A DNA stretch of 64,000 nt, from NCBI GenBank assembly GCA_024137785.1, contig JAHRHZ010000012.1:72068958-72132957 (forward strand), given 5' to 3'. Source of the DNA: Ginglymostoma cirratum. Its lineage: Eukaryota. Every line of letters starts with the position of its first letter. Position 1 is the first letter of the stretch. Positions 53,801 to 64,000 of the stretch are shown here, piece by piece. The notes under the pieces are model-generated. The model was given only the letters and a program-made list of their open reading frames with translations, was not told the DNA's origin and ran no database searches. Made by a program: the position numbers and the translations under genes.

Positions 53801-53972
53801 GTTAACCTGGTCCAATCAGGAAGCCCTGGCTAACAGATATAAACAGGGGTGTTAGAGATTCTGTTCAATCTGAGCGCCAGCTCTGAGGAAGCTGGACCAG
53901 TGTTAAGTACAATGTACAATTAAATATAGGGTGACTTGGTGATGGGATACTGGCCTCTGTGGAGATATTTCA
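50850..53972 (+). mobile_element. Decayed Ty3/Gypsy LTR retrotransposon (gag, integrase, 3' LTR)
   Basis: gag MPLFRKFDSF..RLRLAD ACDFG..LAEAQQDFKQALQLALSLE. Integrase HPGVSKMK..CPECQ..WAQLYVNYAGPF and FLFDYRTSPHAITG..PAELLMGRKLRTRL. Polypurine tract agagggaggg at about 53727, then an LTR at about 53738-53972 ending TCA. Confidence 0.85.
52529..52881 (-). mobile_element. HE1/V-SINE inserted in the Gypsy integrase
   Basis: Colinear with 3262-3588. Splits the integrase between GLLEV and IVTNK. Confidence 0.85.
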
Positions 53973-54604
53973 CCCCCCCTTTCCACCTACCACTGCTCCT
54001 TCCCCCTCCCGTCCCCTCCCATCCAATTTCCGTCACTACTAAGACCTCCTGTGCATTGTCTGAAAATCTTGCTGCCTTCTGTACATGCTTTGTGTCTTTC
54101 CCAAGTCAGACTCCCAGCGCCTACTCCAATCACAGTTACCCTCCCCTCCATGAGATATCTGCTAACTTTAAGCAATGCTTGCATTAGTCCCATGCTGATG
54201 GGCTGTGCCAGTGAACAGATCAATTATAACTGACTGGATGCAGGGATTATTCAAATGAGCAGGCATGATGGAATTGGTGTGGTGCTTGAATTATAATCAA
54301 TGGTCCAGATTGTCGAATGACCAGAGAACCATTTCTGCAGAGTAGATGGGAGTTCTGTATGGGGACCCTGCAACATTCCCATCAAAGCAGACTCCAAAGG
54401 AATTGCTGAATGGCCTGTAAGCTGAGACAGCGACACTCGCACTCATTCAGACAGAGGAAATATCATCCCTGCATTCAGTCTGTCAAGCCCTGTCAGAATG
54501 TAACATGGTTCAATGAAATCCCCACTTGTGTTTCTGAACTCCAATGAATATAGACATCATGAACCAAATCTCTCCTGATAAAACAGATCTGCCATCCCAG
54601 GAAT

Positions 54605-54799
54605 CACAGCAGGCCAAGCAGCATCATAGGAGCAGGAAAGCTTGACGTTTCGGGCCTAGACACTTGCATTTCTGATGAAGGGTCTAAGCCCGAAACATCA
54701 AGCTTTCCTGCTCCTATGATGCTGCTTGGCCTGCTGTGTTCATCCAGCCCTGCACCTTGTTATCTCAGATTCTCCAGCATCTGCAGTATCTTTTATCTC
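54605..54799. mobile_element. Fold-back Penelope-type element with hammerhead core, 12 bp TSD
   Basis: TSD tcccaggaatca at 54595-54606 and 54800-54811. Inverted arms. Confidence 0.85.
54672..54700 (+). ncRNA. Minimal hammerhead ribozyme motif
   Basis: CTGATGA-A-GGG tctaag CCC-GAAA-C-ATC: conserved CUGANGA and GAAA boxes, helix II and an NUH triplet. Helix I is weak. Confidence 0.55.
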
Positions 54800-55280
54800 T
54801 CCCAGGAATCAGTCTGGCGAACATTCATTGCATTCCCTCCAAAGCCAGAATGTCCTTCATCAGATAACGAGATCAAAACTTTTCACTCCAGGTGTGGTGT
54901 CACCAAAGCCCTGGGCAACTGCCATAAGACAGTCCTGATCTTGTGCTTGAAGCGTCTTGCAATAAAGACAAACATAACATTTGCCTTTCAAATTGCTCGT
55001 GAATGTTCTAAAGTGGGATGAGGCTGGACAGCTCCTTGTTGGCTAATGCGGACGCAATGGGATGAACGGCTTCCTTGTTGGTTGTGAATTTATGTGATTC
55101 TGTCCATTCTATGTTATGTGAACTCTTGAAATAAAGTGCATTGATACTAATTTAAATAGTAGACAGAAATATCATGTGACCATGCTTAAGTATTAGTTTG
55201 ATAACATCAATATCTTTAAGTTCAGCATGCCCAAACATTATAACCAACTCTCACACAATTTAGTTTTATTTCTATTTCAG

Positions 55281-55349
55281 CAACCTTGCCAATAACAGAT
55301 TTTCAAGTTTGTCCTGGAAGCCTTTTCGATATTTGGAACTAACACATTT
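55281..55349 (+). CDS. NTRK2-like: Trk receptor coding exon 4 (LRR)
   Basis: Acceptor tctatttcAG|C and donor TT|GTAAGT, 69 nt. Encodes NLANNRFSSLSWKPFRYLELTHL. Confidence 0.95.
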
Positions 55350-57994
55350 GTAAGTGGCCTTTTATAAACATTCACAATATAATTAATGGAAAAGGTTTCA
55401 AATGTACTTAACTCTTGTCTGAGTTCTTAACATATTGACAACATGGAATTATTTACTAAATTGTAAAAAAATGTATATTTACTGTTTTAATGGCAATAAT
55501 CTAAAAATTATACATTGAGATGTTGCCTTGAGGAAATGTAACACATTCACTTGAAACTACCTTTGTCCAATATTTTAATAAGACCATTGATTTGTTCTGA
55601 AAAGGTTAATGCTTCGATCTGAGCAGCAGACAGATAATTATATGAACTACTAAGTATTAGTTTGATAATGCCTATGTTCAGCATGCAAACTCACTACGTA
55701 CTTGTACAGTAATTTAATTTCTGGATTTAAGTATTAGTTATAGGCTTTATAAACAAACTTTTTATTTGTTCTACTCTGTAATAGCTTTCTGTACTTTAAT
55801 CAGAAATGCCAGCTTTGGAGACCCATAACTCTCTGGTCAGATTATAACAGAAAGCAAAATTACCCTTGAGAGTAAGTGGTAAATAATGTTATGGATATTA
55901 TGAATAGAACCAACACCTCATTAATCCAGGTTTCATTTCTTAATGGAAACATAATTTGACCATTTCCCCAGAGAATATTGAAGCAAACTGGTCAGTGATG
56001 TTAGACTACTGATTTTCGATTCTTTAATACATTCTTAAATTTCTTATAAGTTTTATACCATTATTTTCCAATTGCTTAACTTGTCTTGTATATTACTGTA
56101 GTTGTTAATTTTAAACATGTCACAATACATATTTAAAATGGCCAGTTTTGGAATGAGTCATTGCTTTTGAGAAATTATTTTGTGATGAGAAAACATTTAT
56201 TTAGTGAAATTAGTTATGTCTAGATGAGGATTTTCATTTTATGCAGCTGTACAGTTCCAAAAAGGCTTTTTATTTTGATAGTACAACATTGTGTTATAAA
56301 TGTGAAAATAAAAGGAAATATATTTGATTAAATGCACTTTCAATGCTACTCTTCAATCATTTTGTTACATTGATCACAGTAACATCTCTATTTATGATGT
56401 AACATTAACATAATTCCAATGAACACTTAGCTATACATAACATTTTACAAATTTGTGCATGCATAGAATTGAAAAACATACTAATTTAAGAGAACAAATA
56501 CTTTCAATGTAATTTATAGCACTCATTCAAGTATTACCCCAATTTGCTTATTTTCACCCTGGAGGTTTTATCCCGTCCTCATGTACTTTACCTCTATTTG
56601 ATTACATTGTAGATACTGTTCACTTCATGATGTCTGAGAATGTATATATTCCTCGTGGGCTTTAGCATTTATCTTCTCAGTTTCCGTATCAAGCAGAGAT
56701 TAGCATTTGAACTGCTTCTGATTGGCCAGGCAACCATAGTTGAGTCCATTACTGGCATTAGATTATGGCATTTGCTACATTTTTTCCCTTATTAAATGTA
56801 TTAAGCATTTTGTTTTTGCTGTTACTGATCCTGTCTGATATTCCAATAGCAGCTTTTATTTTGGGCTGTGAAAGGTTCCAGAGCTGAATATAACTTGGCG
56901 TCCTCTGTGGTTTTTAGAATGGCTTTTGGCCAGTTGGAATCCTCTCTAAGACCTGGTCGTAATCTAATGAAACAAATATTTGAATTTCTGTTTATGCAAT
57001 TTCACAACTAATCAATAGTGTTTTTTTTAGTACATTTCTCACATGCAAAAGTAACAAAATAGGTACTGAAATAAATCAACGTGTGTTTTTAGTAAGGGTG
57101 TTTCAAGTGTAATTGTTGCCTGGCTTTTAGGGATTTATGCAAGAATGGAGATGTGAGCTCACAGTGGGATGTAGCTGAGGATAGGAATCTTGTCTAAAGG
57201 ATGACCCAGCAGGTTGAGTACCAGTACTTAGAATTTTCAAGACCTACACCTGAAATTTTCACTCTGCTTGCTTTATGAAAATCAAGTACAGGCAGAAGTG
57301 ATGTACCTGTATCAATCACATTGACTTCCTACATGTTAAAATCTCAAACTGGTACTTTAAGCAGTAAAGTAAGATACTCAGGGTAAAATAGCAATGTGTT
57401 TCTTTTGTTATGCAGATAATGACATCAATCGAGTCCTTGAATTTAATCCCACGTCTATGCAGGATTATCCCTTGAGGATCCATCAAGAAACCTTAGGAAT
57501 CCTGTGCCCTGGGGTCCCCCAGACCCACTGCCTCCTGGTACCCTCTCCTTAGTTGAGTTTTGGTACCCATTCCTTTGGTGACCTGGTGGAGAAGCCTCTT
57601 GCCAACCCAAAATTCTACTTCCTCTTGTCTGCCAAAAAATTAACATCAACCACACAGTTTAGACTGGAGATGAATGGGGCCTGTGTGCTGCCCCTGCCTG
57701 CATAACTAATAGCTGGGATTTAAACTTGGCCTTCCCAGCTTGATTGTTGCATTTCAGTGTTATATTTCTTTTTAGAAGTACATCTAGTTTTGCTCACATT
57801 TTGTTTCACATCTGTGGAAATCAACTCAGTGAGAAGAAACTGGTCACTTAATTAGAGTTTCCCCTCGTTCTGCTTTTAAACTTTGTTCCAAACATAATCA
57901 TTTAGGAGGACGTAAATGGAGTAATATGTTTACTGTTTATTACCTTAGACCTGAGTTAGATTCACAGGACATCTTGCAACCTGGTTTATAATAA

Positions 57995-58180
57995 CACAAA
58001 CAACTGCAGATGCTGAGAATATGAACCAGATACAGAAATTGCTGGAGAAACTCAGCGGGTCTGGCAGCTTTTGTGGAGACAAAGCAGTGTTAACATTTCA
58101 AAGTGTCAGTGGATTCAAAACATTAACACTGCTTTCTCTCCAGACCTGCCGAGTTTCTGCAAAAATTTCTATTTTAGTAA
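57995..58180. mobile_element. Older fold-back Penelope-type element
   Basis: Inverted arms (aaagcagtgttaa / ttaacactgcttt and gaaactcagcgggtctgg / ccagacctgccgagtttc). Shares the ctgcagatgctg tail motif. Confidence 0.65.
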
Positions 58181-58318
58181 TATGATCTATATTATTTAAC
58201 TGATCTAATATAAAACTGAGAAGACCCTGTAAACTATCGAAAGAAAATCTAAGCATATACATAATTCTTTAATACTAGGTGATCTCAATGTGTGTGTAAA
58301 ATATTTTCTTTCCTGTAG

Positions 58319-58476
58319 GATCTTAACAGAAAACCCATTCCTCTGCTCTTGTGGCATTGCATGGATCCAGTTGTGGCAAGAAAACAACCTGGCCACTCTA
58401 GAAGTTCAAAACCTGACATGTCGAGGGGAGAATGACTGGAGGATAACTCTATCACACATGAAGATCCCAGACTGTG
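58319..58476 (+). CDS. NTRK2-like: Trk receptor coding exon 5 (LRR C-terminal Cys cluster 2)
   Basis: Acceptor ttttctttcctgtAG|G and donor G|GTACTG, 158 nt. Encodes ILTENPFLCSCGIAWIQLWQENNLATLEVQNLTCRGENDWRITLSHMKIPDC, with the NPFxCSC LRRCT motif. The gene continues beyond the window. Confidence 0.93.
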
Positions 58477-58585
58477 GTACTGTCATTTTTCCCAAAAGCA
58501 TTGTGTATGAATTTTTCCCTTCAGGTGAAGCTTAAAGGTCTGTTAAATAAAACATAAGAATAGAGGAAGGAAGAATAAATTAAGG

Positions 58586-59633
58586 TTGTAGACTTGCTCA
58601 CCGAGCTGGTGTGTTTGATTGCAGATGTTTTGTCACCTTGCTAGGTAACATCGTCAGTGCGCCTCCGGTGAAACGTTGGTGTTCGGTACCATTTGTTATT
58701 TATATACCTTGGTTTGCTGGGGTGGTTGGCATAACTTCCAGTCCTGTTTTTCAGTGGTTTGCATATTGGGTCCAGTTCAATAGGTTTGCTGATGGAGTTC
58801 CGGTTGGAATGCCAGGCCTCCCTGGCACATCTCTGTTTGACTTGTGCTTGTATGGATGTGTTGTCCCAGTAGAATTTGTGTCCTACTTTGTCCGTGTGTA
58901 TTGAGACCAATGAGAATTGGTCATGTCTCTTGGTAGTTAGTTGGTGTTCGTGTATCCTTATTGTCAGTTTTCTTCCAGTTTGGCCTACGTAATGTTTCTC
59001 ACAGTCCTTGCATGGTATTTTGTATATTACGTTAGTTTTATTGTTTGTGGGCATGAGATCCTTTACGTTCATCAGTAGCCATGGCAAAGTCTTTGTTGGT
59101 TTGTGGGTTACTCCAATACCTAGGGGTCTGAGTAGTACTAATGTAATATACAAAATACCATGCAAGGACTGTGAGAAACATTACATAGGCCAACCTGGAA
59201 GAAACCTGACAATACGGATTCATGAACACCAACCATCCACCAAGAGGCACAACCAGTTCTCACCGGTCTCAATACACACGGACAAAGTAGGACACTAATT
59301 CGACTGGGACAACACATCCATAATAGCACAAGCCAAACAGAGACATGCCAAGGAATTCCTGGAGGCCTGGCATTCCAACCGAAACTCAATCAGCAGACAT
59401 ATTCAACTGGACCCAATATACAAACCATTGAAAAACAAAACCGGAAGCCAACGCCCCCAGTAAATCGAGGCATATAAATAACAAGTGGGACAGAACACCA
59501 ACGTTTCACCAGAGGCGCAATGATGATGTTACCTAGCAGGGTGACGAAACATCTGCAATTAAACACAATGGCTCGGCGAGCAAGTCTAAAACCTCACCCA
59601 CAAGCCGAACTACAAATCTTCTCAAAAACTTTA
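58586..59633. mobile_element. Penelope-like retroelement as a 1 kb inverted repeat (GIY-YIG endonuclease, 12 bp TSD)
   Basis: Both arms encode NVIYKIPCKDCEKHY(V/I)GQxGRxLTIRIHEH. Minus copy 58586-59137, plus copy 59138-59633. TSD aataaattaagg at 58574-58585 and 59634-59645. Confidence 0.9.
59517..59556 (+). ncRNA. Degenerate type I hammerhead ribozyme in the Penelope pLTR (second copy at 58621-58660, minus)
   Basis: GCA-(A)TGATGA-T-GTTACC-tagcag-GGTGAC-GAAA-C-ATC-TGC. The other arm has an intact CTGACGA but AAAA in place of GAAA. Confidence 0.65.
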
Positions 59634-59949
59634 AATAAATTAAGGATTATCAATGGTTTAACAGGGAAAACATATGCCTGAAATATCTGGAGATCTTTTA
59701 GCATCTTGTACAGATTCCCTGCCCTGCCTGTAATTTGTGAATGCCACGAGTACTTTATCCTTATTGATTGCAGAATATTTAATAACTTTATGCTGCAATT
59801 GCCTTTTATTTTTAGTGCCATATTAATGATTTAATAATCAATGTTAGTACTCAAAAATGATGGCAATGAAGAATAAATGGAACATTAACTCTGCTCTGAT
59901 CTTAAAATATAACAGGGGATCATTATGAAAACTTAGTAAAGCCACTGCT

Positions 59950-60163
59950 GTAGGACACGAGTCCTACATTATCAGCTTAAGAGCCCAATGTTTAGAATAT
60001 AGGGCTTTATGATATTGGATACAGAGCTCTATGTTTTTGGATTCAGTGCCCTATGTTAGAAGGTTTAGAGCCCTGTGGCTTGGGTACAGATCACTATGTT
60101 ATGAGGTATAGAGCTCACTGTTGTTGGATACAGAGCCCTGTGTTGTTAGATACAGAGTCCTAA
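59950..60163. repeat. Degenerate 22-bp minisatellite, about 10 units
   Basis: Consensus about GGATACAGAGCCCTATGTTGTT, with the core recurring every 21-22 bp. Confidence 0.8.
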
Positions 60164-62689
60164 GAAAACATTAGGTTGCTCAGAATTACTTCTGCTGAAG
60201 CAAATAAATTACTTTGATCTGTAGCAATTAGTTGAGACCAGTTGGAATAGTTGTAAACAAACGCAGCAATAAAAACAGGTTGAAAGGGAAATAAGTTAAA
60301 CTATGAATGCACCCCTGTTTTGAATTTAATGTCCGTAACAGTGACCCTGTCCACTGGTTGGAAAGTGGGAGACAACCCTACTGCAGTCATTTTCAAAAGC
60401 CCTGACAGAATTCAATATTTATAGGCGATTAATTGCTTGCTGCCAATGCCCCTGCCCTTTTAAATGGACAATCCCAATTCATCGCAATTCAAGAGCTACT
60501 GGACAATCAGAGGATTGGCAGCTCTTCAATCACCAGTATCACCAAGAGAGATGGTCATTGCTGATACTGCAGCAGGTCACAACAGGCAAAATGGAAAGGC
60601 CCCGGCATTAATGAAAGTTTACTGGGCTTGTCAGGAGATTAAAACAGGCATCAGAAAATGGGAGGTGACTGTAGTTGTGGTGACGAGGGAGTCTGACAAT
60701 GAGGACAGACCTTCCTGCCGGGTCCTCAGTGAGCCATAGAGGCTGGCAGATCAAGAGGGTTCTCTTTCTCCCACTCAACCCTTTGGGAATCTGACGAACT
60801 TTGCTGGGCCATTAATGAGCCACTTAGGGGTCTCCGTTGCCCTCTGGCAGTGATGTTATTCTTGACCTACTTGACTTCATTGAGGAGATGTGAGTAAGTG
60901 ACAGCCACCTCCCAATCTTACAGCAGCAGTTTTCCATTCTCCTCGCCCACTTCCAAGGGCAGAATTTAATTCTGTCACTTGTTATGCTTTATTGACACTT
61001 AATGAAAGCACAGTAGGATATAGACAAAAATTTAAGTACCAATGGTTACAAATGAAGAAAGCTTAGAGCATGTGGGAATCACAGGAAAATCCATTGATCT
61101 TGATGGAAGAGGTTCATTTTAAATAAAATACTGCAGTCTTCTACCTGACTTGGTACGCTATCCTTCCTAAACACCACTACAATATCTTCCCTTCACTCAC
61201 CTGCCACCCTGCCCTCCTTACCAATCTGCTACCCGAACCCACACCCTGCCTGGCACCCAATTTTTAGCTTGATGTCATGAACAAGCAGCTAGAGACCACA
61301 GTGTGGGACCTGTGAGACATTCCCCAGCAGTTGTCTGAGAGAATGCAGCAGAAGGCTGCACGAGGAGTTAGTTCTAAGAAGTTGGAGTTCAAAGGCATCT
61401 GAGATGTCAGCACTGGGGAGGTTCACTGTGTTTGTCAAGTGAAGTGGGTAGCTCTGATCCAGGAATGCCCCAGGCTTACTTATGTAGGCACTTGTCCCTC
61501 CTGGCCTTCAAGAAAATCTGAGAATTAAATCTTAAGGTCACCTTTAGGGCCTTCTCTGCCAGGATTCGGCTTCTCACAGGCTCTACCTCCCCACTGGGCC
61601 TCTGGTTGCAGCTTCTGATTATAGCCTGACCACATCTTTGCAGTGAATCTGCATATTTTAAACAGAATTCCCATCCTTTATTCTGGCATCTCACTTGCCT
61701 GCTAAAAAGGGTTGGTTAATATGGGAACACGGCAGGAAGGAAATGGAATTGGTAGGTAATAAACACCAGTTATTTTAACTGCCTCCCCATCTGGATTCTG
61801 TCAAGTGGGGTAATTAAAATAAGATCATAAACAAAGTTATGACTCAATTTAAATTTAAAGTCATCCACCAGAACCAACTGTTAAGAACATTTGCTACCTT
61901 TCTTCACTTGAACATCATCAAAATATTTGCAGTAAACTAATATTGAGACATCTAATGAAGAAACCTCAGATAACATAGCCGTGAACTGTTTACTGATAGA
62001 AGCCAGATGCTTTGGAATGACTTATTTACTGCATCAAATCAATTGCAAACTTTAGAATGGACCACTGAACTGGTACAGCACATCAGAATGCCAACACGTA
62101 TTGCAGCAGAGAGCTAAGTCCTGGCTTCTTGCCTAATGTACTTCCAATAGATGGGTCCTGACATTTGCCATGGGTCGAGGACAGCTGTCACTGGGAGACC
62201 CCATGTTTCACTACAGGGAATAATAATAAACTGTACAGGCTATTTAACTTCTAGAGCTTGGTCCATCAATGAATTGGATAATGGCTGATCTGAACCACAA
62301 CTTTATTCATCTGCCTTTTTTCCTGTATTTGATGATCTTACCTAAAAAGCAAATGCCAAAGTAAATACATGCCACTTGTGATGGATCCTATATAGGCACG
62401 GGTCAATTTTGTGCTCCCTGCAAGAAATGTTCTTCATACAAAGTTCTGTTCTCATCAAAATACTAGCACAAACACTGTGTTAGGTCCCTGGGACATTAGA
62501 TTCAATTTTCTGATCTGCACTGGTAGTTGCCCATTTATCGTTACAGTGGATTTCTGGCCAAATTTCTGAGGCACAAGTTGAAGCAATCCAGCAATTCATG
62601 CAGCAACTGACCATGGCCTTTTTTATGGTAGTCGCTGTCACGTTCTAGGGTTTCAAGGCGCCAAAGCCACTCTGACAACTGCTGAAAGA

Positions 62690-63330
62690 GGATAAATGTG
62701 TATGGTAAGTGAGGGTAGGGTGGCAGGTGGGTGCCGGAGTGCAGGACTGCCAGGTGTGTGAGGGGTGGGGTGTCACATGGGTGGAGTGGGGGATGGTGAT
62801 AAGTTGTTGGGGGTTTAGTTGTATATGCATGATGGAGTAGAGTGAGGGGTGCAGGTGCCAAGTTGTTGAAGAATCAAGGATATGTGCTAGAAGTTATTGT
62901 GACGGGTAGATAAGGGGCCGAGGTGCCAAATGTATTGGAGTAGGTGCCAGGTGGGTGACGGTTGGTGACATGTTGATAGGGAGAATAAAGTACTAAGTGG
63001 GTGAGGGGAAGGTAGGGTGATGGCAAATGGTGATGTTTAGGGCGGTAGGTGGGTGAGAGGATTGTGCAGCAAGTTGGAAAGGGGTATAGGTGCCAGGTGG
63101 ACAGGATGGCAAGTGAATGTGGAGGTAGGATGGCAGATGGCACAGGGTAGGGTGGCAGGAGAGTGGGTGAGGGCTCAAGGTAAGTTATTTCCAGTTGGAG
63201 AATTGCATGAGATTGGGTGGAGGGAGGTTGGAGGTTGGGTTGGTGTGGAAGAGTTGGTATTGAGGTTTTTGGGTTCTTGTTGGAGGTTGGTAGAAGTAAT
63301 CAGGGATGTCAGTGGTGAATTGTAGGGGTC
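62690..63330. repeat. G/T-rich strand-asymmetric low-complexity tract
   Basis: Recurrent gggtgg / ggtgccagg units, very few C on the + strand. Confidence 0.7.
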
Positions 63331-64000
63331 AGTTTCATAGTTAGCCAAATGTTAAAGCAAATATAATTCCTCTAATTTTACTTGGTTAACTATTAAGATA
63401 AGTAAGTCAGAATTACTCAAAGTTTCCAGGTCTAATTCAGAGTTCCCAGACAATCTCTGTGGAGTGAGCTGTGTTGGGACTTTCTCATGGTCTTAACGTG
63501 CGACTCTAGTATATACTTCAGCACCAACAATCTTCTGATTTGAAGAAATAGGCCACTAAGGACTCTGGACATTTGATGACTTGGCAAGTGTCATTTGCCC
63601 GTGGTCCTTCTGACACTGTTGCTCGGATGAACATGAGCCATAGGAACATTTCAGTAGCAGCAAACAAGACATCTTTCCTTACAAAAGCTTCAGATTATGA
63701 GGACACTCAGAGAGACAGATAGAGAAAAAAGTTTTCGCTCTCAATTTGGACACGTGACCTTATTGGTGAAGCAGGCCTGAAGGGCCAAATGGCCTACTTC
63801 TGCTACTTCTTATGTTCCTATGTTAGTAAAAGATCAACTTTGGTCTTAAAATAAATTAGTAGCACTGGTGCAAAAGCTGACATTACAATCAACAAATGTA
63901 GGAAAACTATGTGAACATGTCCTACAGTTTTCTGAGGTGTTGCTGATGAAGAAGTTTGCTTGTTAGTGTATAGTTGCAAAATTGCCATAATAACTCATTT

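Larger units (their letters stand above)
54455..55000 (-). mobile_element. CR1 fragment interrupted by a fold-back element
   Basis: The reverse CR1 (cccaggaatcagtctgg...ttgcaataaagacaaacataacatttgcc) is continuous across the insertion. Confidence 0.65.

Noticed and set aside
59950-60163. CRISPR-like periodicity
   Set aside because: Eukaryotic context, no unique spacers and no cas genes; it is a minisatellite.

Overview
Vertebrate genomic DNA, most likely from a shark or other cartilaginous fish (HE1/V-SINE-type SINEs, dense CR1 LINEs and Penelope-like repeats). The only supported host gene is the 5' part of a Trk neurotrophin receptor on the + strand. It has a CpG-rich promoter at about 22.5-25.3 kb and five coding exons (221, 75, 72, 69 and 158 nt, all GT-AG, in frame). 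They encode the signal peptide, Cys cluster 1, the LRRs and Cys cluster 2. The protein is a mosaic: TrkB-like at the N-terminus, with a TrkB-type tandem CRE in the promoter, but TrkC/TrkA-like in the C-terminal Cys flank. It could therefore be a divergent NTRK2, an NTRK1, or a retained fourth Trk ohnolog. The rest of the window is mostly decayed mobile DNA: CR1 and related LINEs, several SINE families, two Ty3/Gypsy remnants, an RTE fragment and a MITE. The most striking non-gene pattern is a family of short non-coding Penelope-type fold-back elements. There are six copies, five with 12-15 bp target-site duplications, and they carry a minimal hammerhead ribozyme core. A 1 kb GIY-YIG Penelope inverted repeat has the same architecture. 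Most ORFs in the supplied track are TE fragments or noise. Repeat boundaries were read by eye and are approximate.
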